Shown here: in pieces, positions 37,717 to 50,900 of the stretch | How positions within the stretch are numbered: position 1 is the first letter of the stretch | Layout: every line of letters begins with the position of its first letter | Source: Phoronis australis | Lineage: Eukaryota; Animalia; Phoronida | Direction of reading: 5' to 3' | NCBI GenBank assembly: GCA_002633005.1 | Contig: NMRA01000014.1 | Span: 1,519,054 to 1,583,053 of the forward strand | DNA length: 64,000 nt | Translations under genes and position numbers: made by a program | Notes under the pieces: model-generated | The model's database searches: none | Told to the model about the DNA's origin: nothing | Seen by the model: only the letters and a program-made list of their open reading frames with translations

Positions 37717-37927
37717 GCTCATGGTTTAACCAACCGACGTCAGTGAAGTTCTGTGCATAATTGGCTCGGCTCCATACTGAACTAATTTTCCTCATCCTCG
37801 TATCTACGTATGTGATAGACTTTGCAAACATGCTCTCCCTTGGAACTTCGTTTGTAAAATAATACAATATTACGAGAACCAATTGGCCAACAATGAGGAT
37901 CATCACCAAGATTTTCCAGAAGCCCAT
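37717..37927 (-). CDS. Second copy of sulfotransferase exon 1 (allelic or duplicate)
   Basis: 211 nt, ATG to GAG C|gtaagt; differs from 28069-27859 by I9M, A43T, A51V, K56N and one silent change. Confidence 0.75.
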
Positions 37928-38932
37928 TTTACAACGTCACTCTTGTGATTCGCATGAGCTACTGGTCTGTGCTCACATCAGCCCTCATATATTGTAGTTG
38001 GCCGAGATCTGCAGGATTTGTTATGACAAGAGGCAGTTATTACAAGCAGTGTAACATGACACGCAGCCACAAGCCAGTAACTTTCTGCCTGTACACTCTA
38101 ATTAGAATACCAGCATTTTTGTTAAATAGTTGGTAAAAATCAAAACATTTCACAAAAGTAATTTATGATATCAGGTGGATTATTTTCTAGGCCCAGTTAA
38201 AGATTTTACATTCTCAGCAGTTGCCGAGAATTCGGTGCAATACAGGAGTTAGAATCACTTTCCAAAAAAACTCTTTTGTTTTATTATCAACTGAGCCCTT
38301 TGATTCATTCATGTGTTGTTTTTTGTTTTCTGACATGCACTTTATGTAAAAATTGCTATAACAGTCACTACACAGAACGTAGATTATTGCCGCATTTCGA
38401 ATATTAAAAAGGTAATACCTAAGACGTTGCTTCCCCTAACGATAATTCCCAAAACATAAAACGGCGACGGATCGTATTTTATTTGCAAACGAGACAATGA
38501 GCAACGTGACTGGATTTGAAATTGAAGTTAATGAAGTCAGCCATGGCAACTACTGTTCCGTTAGCAGCATGGTCATAAAACATTTTCAATTGATCTCCAA
38601 TACTTGGTTAATTTTAAGTCGGTCGGCAATTTATTTCCCAGCTGTCATCGCGGTTAGAGTGCAATTTATTCGTCAACTTGATAGCACCAAATTCACGAGC
38701 CCGAAATGAGTTCCATGTAAATTGTTGAAATTCTACGTATGATGAATAAATACATGTTGTAAATTAATTTCGCGTCCAACAGCACGAGAGGCATCTTACG
38801 TGTTTTAGTGGTATGATGTTTTTCTAGTCTCAAAGTTCTGACACATCATTTCTAGTGTTTTAAAGCAGCAAACTCCAGAAATATAATAATACGATGAATA
38901 CTTTCAGTCATCCAGTTGAGTAACTGAATAAT

Positions 38933-41290
38933 TTGCAGAAAATTAAATCAATTACTGGACTAACAGATTGATTCGGCTACGTTGCGTTCTCATCTTGAGG
39001 ACTTCGACAGGCCACTGAGATCGTCACGTGACTCATCATGTGCAGATAGCACAGTTTGCGCGGGATGAATGGTGAATGTTGGCCAATTCCCCTTTTGTCC
39101 ACTGACGTCACAAGCATACTAGCGCCCCCAGTGGAGGCCCTGAGAACTCGTAAATAAACCGAGTTCGTGAACCCGGTAGTATCCAGCCTAGCCGAGCCAA
39201 GCTGGCGAACAGACTTGTATTTATTGTGGGACGTTGAGTATCGCTTTTTTCTAAAAACATAATGCATGGTATATAATAATGAATGGTGTATAGTACCAAT
39301 TAATTATGAATGAAAGATTCCTTTTTAGTCGAGCGTAAACGAGGCTATTTCGCGTGGGGATAAAACTTTGGCTTTGCCGGCGTGTGTAACACAGAAGAAC
39401 AGTTGGATCGTGTTGCAGGATAGCTAGAATGAATATTCCAATTTTCTTAATTTATTGGAACAATATTGATTTTGTGAGAGGTATGACATGCAACATTATT
39501 TAAAAAACACACTAAAACATAGCGACTCTGGAAAAATCATAAAAAATACTTTAACCACAGTCGCCAACATGCTTGTTTACGAGTTCTCAGGGCCTCCACT
39601 GGGGGCGCCAGTATGCTTGTGACGTCAATGGACAAAAGGGGAATTGGCCAACATTCACCATTCTGCGGGATAGACCTATATTCACACCGACAGGAGGCGC
39701 GTTCCAAAACGAGGCTCTCTACGATAGCTCTGTTGGCTTATCGACATAGTTGTATTCCGCCTTGCTCGAACGGCGATAGAAAATATACAGACACTCAATT
39801 GTCTGTTTTACAATCCCTAAGAACGTTTCGGAAGCGTTGGGTCGTTGCCATACGCCGCGACGAAGGAAAATAGTTCAGTGTAAAATTTATAAATGTTTCG
39901 AAAAGTTTGATTATATTTTGTCGCATCTCGGTTGCCGAGCATCATAGCAACCATGAACTACCGGTGAATCTCGTTAGGCCAGCCACCTGTGTTTTCCTGA
40001 CAACGGATTGAAACATGACTCATTTTTCTTTCCAATTGAAAAATCTCACGAAATTCCCCCAACGAGGCCTAAAAATTCCCCCAGTGATTGAAAATTTCCC
40101 TCCGAAGTTCAAATTACCTGTAACCACAAAGGTGACAATGATTTGAAGGAGCACAAATTGCTACTTGATATAGAGCTTATGAGAGCTTGCAACAAGAAGA
40201 GTGGTGCTAATGATGGTGATCAGGAGGTAGATAATTCTGGCCCCAGTCACTCCAGGCAAGCACAGGTACCTTTCCTCTCGAATGAGGACCCTGAAGAAAT
40301 ATTATAACTATGCTTGCTTAGTCCAGTGAACTGAAATTGAGCTCTAAAACGAGGTCACGCTTTGGAAGGACGAATTAGGTGCTTTAATTTTTAAAATTCA
40401 ACTTTGTCCAGATTGATATTTGAAACCTAACACATGATATAGATGTAAGAATTATTTAAAACAAGAAAGCAGAATTGATGGTCAAATAATTTTTATTTTC
40501 AATTACGAACCTGTTTTTTATTTTAGTAAAAATATATTTAATAACATCAATTATTCATGCATATCAATGACAAATCAACTGTTAGTCCGGGTAGTCCCTA
40601 ATTCACTACCAGGACCTATAGGCTATGTTTGATGTTAATATTCTTTATCAACAAATAAAACCAGATGTGATTTGCACAGTCGGACAGCAAAATGCGATGA
40701 GCCACCACTGTCGAATATATCTTCAACTCGTCAAAAATACGAGCAGATGACCTGTTCGTTTAGAAAGCATTTTTATCAACAATTTACAAGAAGAAACAGC
40801 ATAATACCTAATCCGTAACACGATTGATGCAATTTGGTCATAGTTACTTTTTATGTTTCGAACCTAGTTTTCCGAAAAGACTTATACCCTTTCGTCAGAC
40901 AACTCTTTGGTACATTGACATATTCTCTAATGTATTTTTCTACGTCTCTGTGGTTAATTATCGGCATATTTTTAAGATTTAATATCCAGATTGGACTCGA
41001 AAGACCAGCCATTTAACTCACGCAATATCCACTTCCGCTTTGTTTAGCGCAGTGAGCCTCGCTTTGGATTGTAATGTCTGAATCCCAGCGTAAACAGACA
41101 AGGGGGCCTGAGGTTTCTGCTGCCAAGAACGTGGGATAGGGCACTAAAGAGTATCCCGCGCAAAGTGTACGTGCTGTCGATCACGTGATGAGTCATGTGA
41201 CATCTCAATGGCTTGCCGAAGTCCTCGAGATGAGGACGCAACGTAGCCACCTCAATCCGTAAGTCCAGTAATTGATTTATTTTCTGCATG
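38933..41290 (+). mobile_element. Block-B copy of the THAP/P-like element, containing a nested MITE
   Basis: Same TIRs as 29336-31019; THAP remnant SCIPPCSNG...RKRWVVAIRRDEGK at ~39745-39870. Confidence 0.75.
39067..39663. mobile_element. Young MITE with ~85-bp TIRs and an ~8-bp TSD, present only in block B
   Basis: gaatggtgaatgttggccaattccccttttgtcca.tgacgtcacaagcatact.gcgcccccagtggaggccctgagaactcgtaaa is inverted at the right end; flanks cgcgggat/tgcgggat. Confidence 0.85.
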
Positions 41291-41916
41291 CCAGAATTAT
41301 AAGTTCTATGAGCTTTTTACTTGTATTTATAGACACCACAATTGACAACAACAAATCTTAAATAAAAGCACAAGCAACAAACGTTACTTTGGTATTCCCC
41401 TCAGTTGCGTGCGTCATGATAGTAAAATGCCTCGTCTATCATAGCGAATACGCCGCCGCTCATATTAGAAAAGACTGCGTTTTCTAATGTCACGGGGATC
41501 TCTGAAAAGACCTCACCAACAAAAAGAGCCCATGTTTAGGAAACTAGGACAACAACACCCCATGGGGGGGGGGGTCTTTGGGGATTGTTTTGCGGGTCTG
41601 ACACGGGACGAAGATGGCAAGTTTTCATCGTTTTCTTAATTTCAGTCTTTAATGGACAGTTTAATCATGTCAACTTTATGAATAACTCGCGCCGCCAGAC
41701 TTCTTGTATAGCCAGTGTTGGAGAACTCTTCGTAAGTACTTTCACATGGCGGGAAGGAAAACTGACTTTATATTTCTTATATTACCCGCGACAATTTAGC
41801 GCGAGATCGCAACACTTGGTATCATCAAAACTAAGTTCCACTGAAGATCAAATTCCTCCTCACGTATTGCAGCTTCTTCCAAAACGATCTGTCAGTGTGC
41901 TCAGGTATTTTCTTGA

Positions 41917-44900
41917 TTATAACAACACCGTCTCAGCCAGCCACTGGAACAAGACGCCTTGAAGATGAGCGTGTTCTTGTGCTTTTCAATAATAACCATT
42001 TATGCCACCTTTTGGGAACGATGACACAAGATAACAGATGTAAGAGTTGCGGAATATACACTATGATGCTGGAGATATTTTGGTTTCACAACAATTTATA
42101 GGCAGCACAACCCTCCGTCTGGTGGACAACAGCCAGTTTTGCCTCCGCCAACTCCGAAGTTGACACTGGTTTTACTGCTCTCCATCCTTAGCATGGGCGG
42201 CGCACCATAGGGGGCTGGGGGGCTATAGCTCTCCACTTTGCTAGGCCGCACATGCTCAATAGGCGGTGCACCACAGGGGCGCTGAGGGGGCTTTAGCCTC
42301 CACTTTTTTCAGTGCTGCGCCGCCCATGCGTAGTCACCACGGATTTCCCACGTTTACACCCCCGTTAAGACCAGTTATTCCCCACGACAGCAATTTTACC
42401 CCCACCTCCTCTTTGGTCATTTAAGGTAATCATTATTAGAAAGGGGTAGCACAAACTAACTTGAATTCGCAAAATCTTTACGTGGTCCCAAAGTAAGATT
42501 TTTCCCTGTCGCGCTTACTTCAGGTTCCCTGATCGTCACAAATTGCGTATCCCATTCAACCTGGTGTTAGCCGCGTGGACGTGGTTGTGATTGAGAGACA
42601 AATCTCGCCGTGAAGGCAGCGAGAAATCACTTTTTGAGTTGGGCAATGATATTTTTGAATTTAAGGAGTAAATGTTAAATTATTAAGTTAACTTTGGTAG
42701 GTTACAAAAGAGAAGTATTTCCAACTCATTCTTTAGGCGGTATAAACGTAAACCCTTACCGAGGAATGAGAAATTCGGAGAAATTCGGACAGTAGCAACA
42801 TCACCTCGTAATGCGTAGATGGAACATCATGTCGGAAAATTTCGTTATAGTTCTTTGAAAATGAGGCCTAACGCCAAGATACATTTTATCCTGGTTCAGT
42901 ATGGGAAAAGTGGACAGGTTCATACACTGGCGGGGTTCACTTTGAAAGAGTGTGGTAGCGCGGTCGCTGGTACATTGAATAATTAGGTGCGGGTTCGTTG
43001 GGCAAGATACCACGGACCGCGGTACAACAAATGCTGTCTCAAAATCCATTATAAACAATTGGTAACCACTTCCTACTGCCTGCCACGCGGGTACGGCCAA
43101 ATGCTACTGAAGTGCCCAATTTCATCAATCTACATCGCAATTCACCGAAACATCGATTCTCAGAACTTATTTTGAGTTAGAAAAAACCACTTTGTGCACT
43201 TTGCTGCTTGGTTGTTCCGATGATAGAAACTTTCCTGAATATCAGCCTGCGTCAAAGTTCACTGAAGCTTCGTCAATTTCTTACAAAAATTGACCGATAA
43301 AATAGTGAAAATATCCTTTATGAAGCGGTCGATTTTCGTAGACACACAAACCATGTAAATCAGACCCGTGTAGGTTACGCAAAGAAAATAACCTCGACAG
43401 GTCTCTCCATAACAACTACAGGCGCACGCAACTGCCGATTGCTTATAAACATCATATGCATGCTCATTCCAAGAGCTGGGATTTACAACAAATGATTTAC
43501 ATAAAAAAAAACAAAAAAACGAGAAATGAGAGCAAGGAGTGAGAGGTTATTGGAGAAATACAGGTTTGCTTTCCCTAAAAATTGTCTTCTAGAATTTAAA
43601 AATCTGAATCACTTCGCCCTGGTTGTGTATTATAAGTGTGCAAGTTGTGTGTAAGTTAGGACTTTTCCAAAGTATGTACCAATAGAGGCACGCTTTGAAA
43701 TGAACGTAGGACACAAGTATTTGTTGCTTTGTTTGATGTTTTTGTTTTGAGCTTGGTATTGTGACAAGGATGGAAACAATTAAGCAGTATATACCTCATC
43801 TAGCGACATCGTCTTTTCCAACTGTAGTTCTTTAAATGTAGCTGGAAATAGAATTGTGTAATTACAGACAGGTCTACTTGCATTCGACAATTAGAAGACA
43901 TAACAGACACCACAGTTTTCGCTGTCAAGTTTTAAATATAAAACTGGCCTCTACAACCTGTTTATTTACGCAGAAAGTCAACGATGTGATTAGGCCAAAC
44001 AAAAGCACAATTGGTTTTGGTCTCTGTTCTATTTTTGAAAAACATCGAGTGGGTAGGACATTTTTTAGTAGCTCACGTTTTCAAAAAAAATTCACTTGAG
44101 GCAAGCAAAAAGGATGCAAGATCTCTTTTGTTACCCATCGTTTGGTAAGTTATGGCGTTTCATACTCTTCTTTTTATTTTACCCTTGCCTTCGCACAATT
44201 TTTCAAAAAACACACACGAGACCTTGGCTCAATGCGGACGGGTTTCTTGTAGTTTGTGAGCGCAGGTCTCAAAATGAGTTGAGGCAGAGACCAGAATCAA
44301 CTATGTTTTTTGCCTTATCAGCTGATCCTTGAACACAAGCAAATGTTACGTACATATGCGTTCAGTGCCACTTGTACGCATGGGCAGCATTCAAAATATT
44401 GTTTCTTTCCCTTCATACTATCTTCGTACATGCGTAGAAAGCACAACTTGAACACTTTTTTTCTCAGGCGAGAGGACACCCTTCTATGAACTCTCCGATC
44501 GTTCATCCCTTAACAAACAAAGCATCAAAAGAAAAAAATGGCAAAGGCACGCTTATGGTGTGTGGAAAACGCAGTGCACTATTGGGACTAAGCGACCAAA
44601 CACATTTTTCCGCAGGACAGAATGCACTCCCGAAATGTCCCAAATGACTCATACTTCCAACTTTTAGTCGTACCCTACCCTCAACCTGGAGTCACCTATT
44701 CGACCCCTTGTCACGCCCACCTCAACTACCATGCAGGCTAGTCGCTCGTCGAAGTTTGGATACTCTCTAGACAATACCACCACCAGAGCTGGCACAGTCA
44801 GATACGCTCATGCCTTCAAGTTGGCCTACACGTAGTATCGCCTGGGCCTATACATGTACATAGCCATGCAATGTAGCCAGGTAGATGTTTTTAGGGGTTG

Positions 44901-47900
44901 ACAATGGTCACAGCCCCTATTGTCACACGAAACACATATTGTCAGCCTCTGGTGAGCCACAATATGTGTAGGGTGCGACAATAAATGCCGAGAACACCGA
45001 CGCATGCTTTTGCCAGGGCGACAATATTTATTGGGTACGATAACAACTACTCGTGTAGTATTGGTTTTGGTGAAGAGGATATCTTAAAGTGCACTAAAGA
45101 AAATTTTTATCCCAGATGATGACAGTACTAACCTATCATGCTTATCAGTCTCGACGTACAAAGAATAAAATCCTCAAAACTCATCACAGCCATCTTGCCA
45201 CCGAACCTGACAGCGATAGAACGCAGAACACCGAAACCGATTGAATAGTCTGGAAAAGAATTTGTTAAAATTACTGATTCTTCAAGACATTTCGCCTCTG
45301 TCCTAAATTGATTTTTGACCACCATTTGTGATAGGGTGACCAAATTATCCCCCGGGCCGCCTCGGGACGCACGCATTTTTAAGGTTATTACTTTATACAC
45401 TAATGATTACTTGTGTAAATATAAACCAGATGGGCCTTAATATCTTAGCAATACTTTTCTAATGCATGGAACTTTAAGACTATAGCGTTTCTTCGAATAT
45501 AGGGCCAGTCGTTATTTTATGCCAATCAGACAAGATCTGCACTTTCACAGCTAATTAAGTATTGACAGACTAAAGACATCCCATGTAAATATTGGATTAA
45601 ATAACAAGCAAAATAGCAAGTGTTGCAAACGTTACAATGGAAACATAAGACGAAATAACGATTCCGAAGAAAATTTAAAATTCGACGGCCTTTTTTATTC
45701 GAATTTAATCCCATAAAGTCATGACCACATTTGTGGGAATTTGTGTGATACACTGACGAGTTCGATGTCCTTTGGCATGACAGACAACATAATTCAAATC
45801 ACGGAATTGTACGTTTGACTCTGTTTTCACAGAATTTCCCATTTCAGTCGGGTGCATTGGGAATTTGTGAACCAGATGTTTTATGTACACATGTTATTGA
45901 AGAAGCAGCTCATAGGTTTAATTGCATTAGTTGCCATGGCAACTAATTTTGCATTTTCAATATAGTGCTACTGTTTTGAGGTACTATGCAAATCTATTAC
46001 ATTGGGCAATTTGCTTAACACATGTTTCTAGAATGCATTTACTGAACCATATGACGGCTTCCTCCGTGAGCTATTAAAGGGAATGTTCAACAATTCGGCA
46101 CATTGGTAGCTTTGCACAGTGACATGCGAGTTCGTCTGCTAAGCACGTCGCTCGGATGCGCAACGACATCACAGAAAGCTGAGCGCACAACAAAACGGAG
46201 ACTGACTGGAGCAAAAAGTCGCAACCGGGTCGTGCACCATTTAACATTCATAAGATGCTCACCTAAAGTCAGAAACAGTTTTCTGAATTCGTGGAAATCA
46301 ATTCGATTTTCTTTGTTGACGTCATACTTATCGAACATGTGTCGCCAGAGCTCAATTTCCGCCAATAGCTTCTTAACTTCACCAAACGTAAGAGAACCAT
46401 TTTTGTTTGTCTTACGTTAAGAATTAAGGCAAAATATGTACAGCACCTAATTTACGATTGCGTTGTATCATTCAAAGCAACTTCAAATAAGTTTAGGACT
46501 GTACAAAGGTTTCACGGACAAGCTGCACAATGACGGAGGTCAACAATAAACATATAAAAATTATAAGAATTAATTCATTATGCAATTCGAAGCCGAGGCT
46601 ACCGACTTGAGCACGAACTGAAAGGAACCCGATAAATCCCATTTCATTGTCTAGCCCCATGGAACGCAAAATTATATATGGTACATGTAGTTTATAGGGT
46701 AGTAACATACACTTTGATCTCGATTCCATTCGACACATTGACTTGATTATCAAGTGGTGTGTATTTGTCCAATGTTCACTACACATGTATTCGCTTTCGA
46801 GTACCCAAATGTGCGAGTCGGATTACTGCTAAGAAAATCACTGTGAGACGTATAGAGGTATCACTTAACTCGTACCTTGGTATGCACTCAACTCGACTCG
46901 GACAATAATCACTCATTGACAGTAAAACAATTGCATCAATGCTGTTCGCTGTTGCCCACCCAGTGGCGTTCGCCTTCAAATTTTTGTCGCAGCATCTAAC
47001 CGCACGGGAAAGCCAAAAATATCAATAATGGAAGCAAGAAGCCTTGTATCACGACTCTACTCTTGAAACCTATTGGACCAAATTTATGACTCAAGTTTAA
47101 AAGGGACACTATTGGTGAGAAAAATGATTTTCTGTGGATTCAAACCTGTCAGCCCTGATAGGTGTTTACTCGCAGAACAAAGTTCAGAAGGCCAAAATGG
47201 ACTCACACGCTAGTGAGGTCTCACAATTTAAAAATATTAAAACTTATCGGGTGGTGATTTCACCAGAAATCGTAAAGGCTATACGACGTATAATGTGCTT
47301 AATATTCAGAAAGTTTGGTAGAAATCCGTTACTCACTTTTCCTGTTATTCCATGGAAACGTCGACAGCAGCATTGATGGATTGGAGATTTGTAGTAAACC
47401 CAAGCGGTCCGCCGCCAATAGATGTCATGGTCGGCTAAGTAAATATTACAAGCTATCTGGCATGCCACTTTATAAGAAAATTACGTGCAAGGTACGCAAA
47501 AAGGATACGTCGTGTTTTGCCAGCAAGGAACGGCTTGCTTCATTTTCAAGGTCCACAACACGTCCAAACCCTGGAAAGTGAAAAGCAAATACGATGAATT
47601 TTGTCTTGTCTCACCACTCAAAACTTCATATATTGATCTCTTAATTTCAGGCCATTCTCCTACTCATGACGTCATTTTAAGAGTAAATGGAGAAGCAATA
47701 TAAAACGTTAGTGCTTGATTTATGAACGTAAAAATCTTTGTTAATTTTAAAATACCTAACGGAAGACTGAATGTAGAAATTTTCCCTCCTAATTAGTATA
47801 TGAATATGTAAATCTTGAATTGGCGTGGAAATATAGATCAATTTTAAGTCTGTACGCCACCGACGTTCAATAGATCACGTGATGTGGCCAACAGGTGGCG

Positions 47901-50900
47901 TGCACACCAAACTTAAAAATGTTTGTTACATTCTTAGTAACAATTAAAACCCGGGACATTGTCAGCAGTCTTATACATGTAAGTTAAACCGTGTAATGAG
48001 TACATAAAACAATGAACCCTAGTGTGCTATGTGTAGCCTAGTGCATGCTTGTATTTTGCTTCAACATTTTGCTGGTACGCACACGTTTCAGAGATATCTC
48101 TTATCAGTTTGCGCAAGTCCAAGTAATCCACAACGTAGTCACTCCCAGCATATTTGAGGAAAGTGTCGAACGTAAGATCCAAACGTCTGCCATTGGTCTG
48201 TAAAACAAGCAACAGAGCACATGTAAGACGTTACCACGTGCTTCCGTTATGGACTATAACATAAACGTAAAAGGTTAGCATTATCCGAGAAGTATGTTTC
48301 TGTATTGTTTTAAAGGAGAAATAAACCAGAACCTTCGGTCAAAAACCAACATTTGATTTTCAAAAAGGGGTGTAAAAACCCCTTACTGTTATAAAATTAG
48401 TATCATATTGTTCATTGCTCAGAATAGTAATAATTTCCCAGTAGGCTCCACAAGAATTGACACCTGGTTGTTGCTTCAGACCACGCCCATTTAAGTTGCT
48501 TGTCAAGGCGGGTTAGTTTAGATGGCCAAAGAGAATTCCAGGATATTTACTGTAGGCAACCAACTGCTGGCTTATGGCGGCTTTAAGAGTTCTTTAATAT
48601 GACTGCAGTTGCGTCGCATTGGTCACGTGATATCATTACATACTCATTGGACACTACACGCATCATGTACAGAAACTTCATCAATTTCAGATTATATTTC
48701 TATATTACATTTTATGAGGACCGAAGTTATTTGTGAGATTATATTCTTCGAATCAAACTATGTGGCCAATAACAATATTCAGTATCTTACAGAGCCCAAC
48801 TCCATATCTTACCTTCTCCTTCGGCTGTACTGCTGGAGGAACTGTTCCATCAGTCATGATTCTGGAGAATTAAGATAACTGTTGCCATAGTAGCGAAGTT
48901 TAGAAAACATGAGTATCGGTACGTGAAAGGCAAAAAGTTAATTTCCCTTTTAAATTCATGTGCGCTACGTCATATTCTGAGTTCGCCGTTTTGTTTCACG
49001 TCGAGTAGACGACAACAGAGGATTCTACACCTGGTAAATACAAGTTAAAATGCGATATTATTTTGCTCTGAAATACTGCTCTAATAAATTTTGAGCATAC
49101 TAATGTAAAGTCAGTTTGATTAATTTGTGTATTCTGGTAGAATTTTGATGTTAAAATTTAGTAATGAAAAAAGCACCGCTCCATTCTCAGGTTTCTTTTT
49201 ACGTATCAAAAAGCATCGCATCTTGCCCCCCACAACCGGAGTTAGTGTCGTAACTTAACACATGAAGTTACGCACTGGTTCCTTAGTGCTACAGTCGGGG
49301 CTAGCTTCCTAACTTAAACAAGTGAAGTTATATACTAGATAAAAGTTCCTTAGGACTAGAAAAGATACTGACATCCGCAAAAGTTTACTCGTGCCGTTTT
49401 ATTGCTCATAACGTACATTTCACGCCCTAAAACATTAGATTGATTAAAGGAGCAGGGCGACCAAAACTTGTGAAAGACAATTTCTATTTAAGCCCTATCA
49501 ATAGCATGCTGATGTTTTCTGTTTGTATCCGTCGGGAGCCCAAGCACACCTCCGCCTATAATTTTAAAAGCTAGTATAAAACCCTAAGGGAAAATTCTAT
49601 ATTTGGCCAACTTAATCATATTTCAAAAACGATTACGGAACTTTTGGATACCATGATTTATAGACATCTTTCAAAAACATATTTTCACGTTCAGTAAATT
49701 AACTTCTAAAGAATTGCTCATATAGTGCAATAAGGGCGAACTTGTTGACAAACTTGAACTATGATGACGATCATATTTCCCCAGTGAATACATGTTCGAA
49801 CTCAAACAGTAAGTCCAAATAACGCATTCAACTGGTACAGTCCATGACATGCGACTTTTATTTCTAAAATTTCCGAAAGAAAGAAGCAAGTGCAATTTTT
49901 TGTGAGCGACGACATGTTGTTGCTAAGATGACCGGTTCTACCATCCACGCCTAGCCATTTTCGGGACAGAACGAAGTAGACAACTGTAGTCGAGTGCTGG
50001 AGTGTGATAAACAACGAACAGGAGAGAGGATCCATTTTCTACTCCCACAACAACGGCAGAAAAATAACAAATATGAAAAAAACAAATAAAAAGAACGATT
50101 GGTTGATTGTGGGTAATAACATTTATTCTCAAATCAAAATGCATTGACGCATTCTCGTTTGGCCTGGTGTTTGAAATGAACTCAAACCAATCAGTTTAGC
50201 ATTTTTTGTTTCAAGTTACTTTTAAAACACTTGGCGGTTAGAAATAATTTTCACGCTAAAGTGAAATTAGAACATGTTAACTACTTTGCGATATCAAAAT
50301 AATGCAGCAATAATGGTAGAGGAAGGTGACGGGGCCAAAGACATACGCGGGGAGACAACGGAGTCCATAGGACAAGGTGACAATACCATTTAGTTCAAAT
50401 CATGAATTTCATTTATATATTTCAGGGGCAGATCCAGGATTTTGAGTTAGGGGGTCAGGGCAGAGTATTAGCCAGGATTTTGCCCGTCAGACACTAGCAC
50501 TCCTGTACTCCCAAACGGAATCTGTGAGAATTTTAGGGGGGGGGCATGGCACCCTTGTCCCCCTCTAAATCCGCCACTGTATTTCTCTGTTGAGAATAAT
50601 AACGATAATAAGAAATTAGACATATGAACACAGTAGGTTCATAGAGATGGAAAGACAGCGTTTGGCTATTTTAAAGCCTTTTAAAAATTCTTTGGGTCAA
50701 ATTTCATTATTAACCACCAATTTATAGTGTATACGTGTGAACTTCATTCTTGAAGTTCTTGAGATATCAGCAACTATAAATTGAAACTCAGTTCCATGCC
50801 ATCAGAAAAAATTAACCACTTGCAAATTGTTATTAATAATAGTCCAAAATGGTCTCATCGTCAACAAATCACTGCAGACAATTTGCGATTGTGTGATTTT

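Larger units (their letters stand above)
34584..44611. repeat. Block B of the large duplication (partner 26741-34270)
   Basis: Colinear with block A, plus B-specific segments at ~35659-37650 and ~39059-39725. Confidence 0.95.

Noticed and set aside
42801-43100. 99-aa minus-strand ORF shared in part with 32525-32737
   Set aside because: No recognisable motif; the frame is broken upstream in the other copy; it lies in a calpain intron
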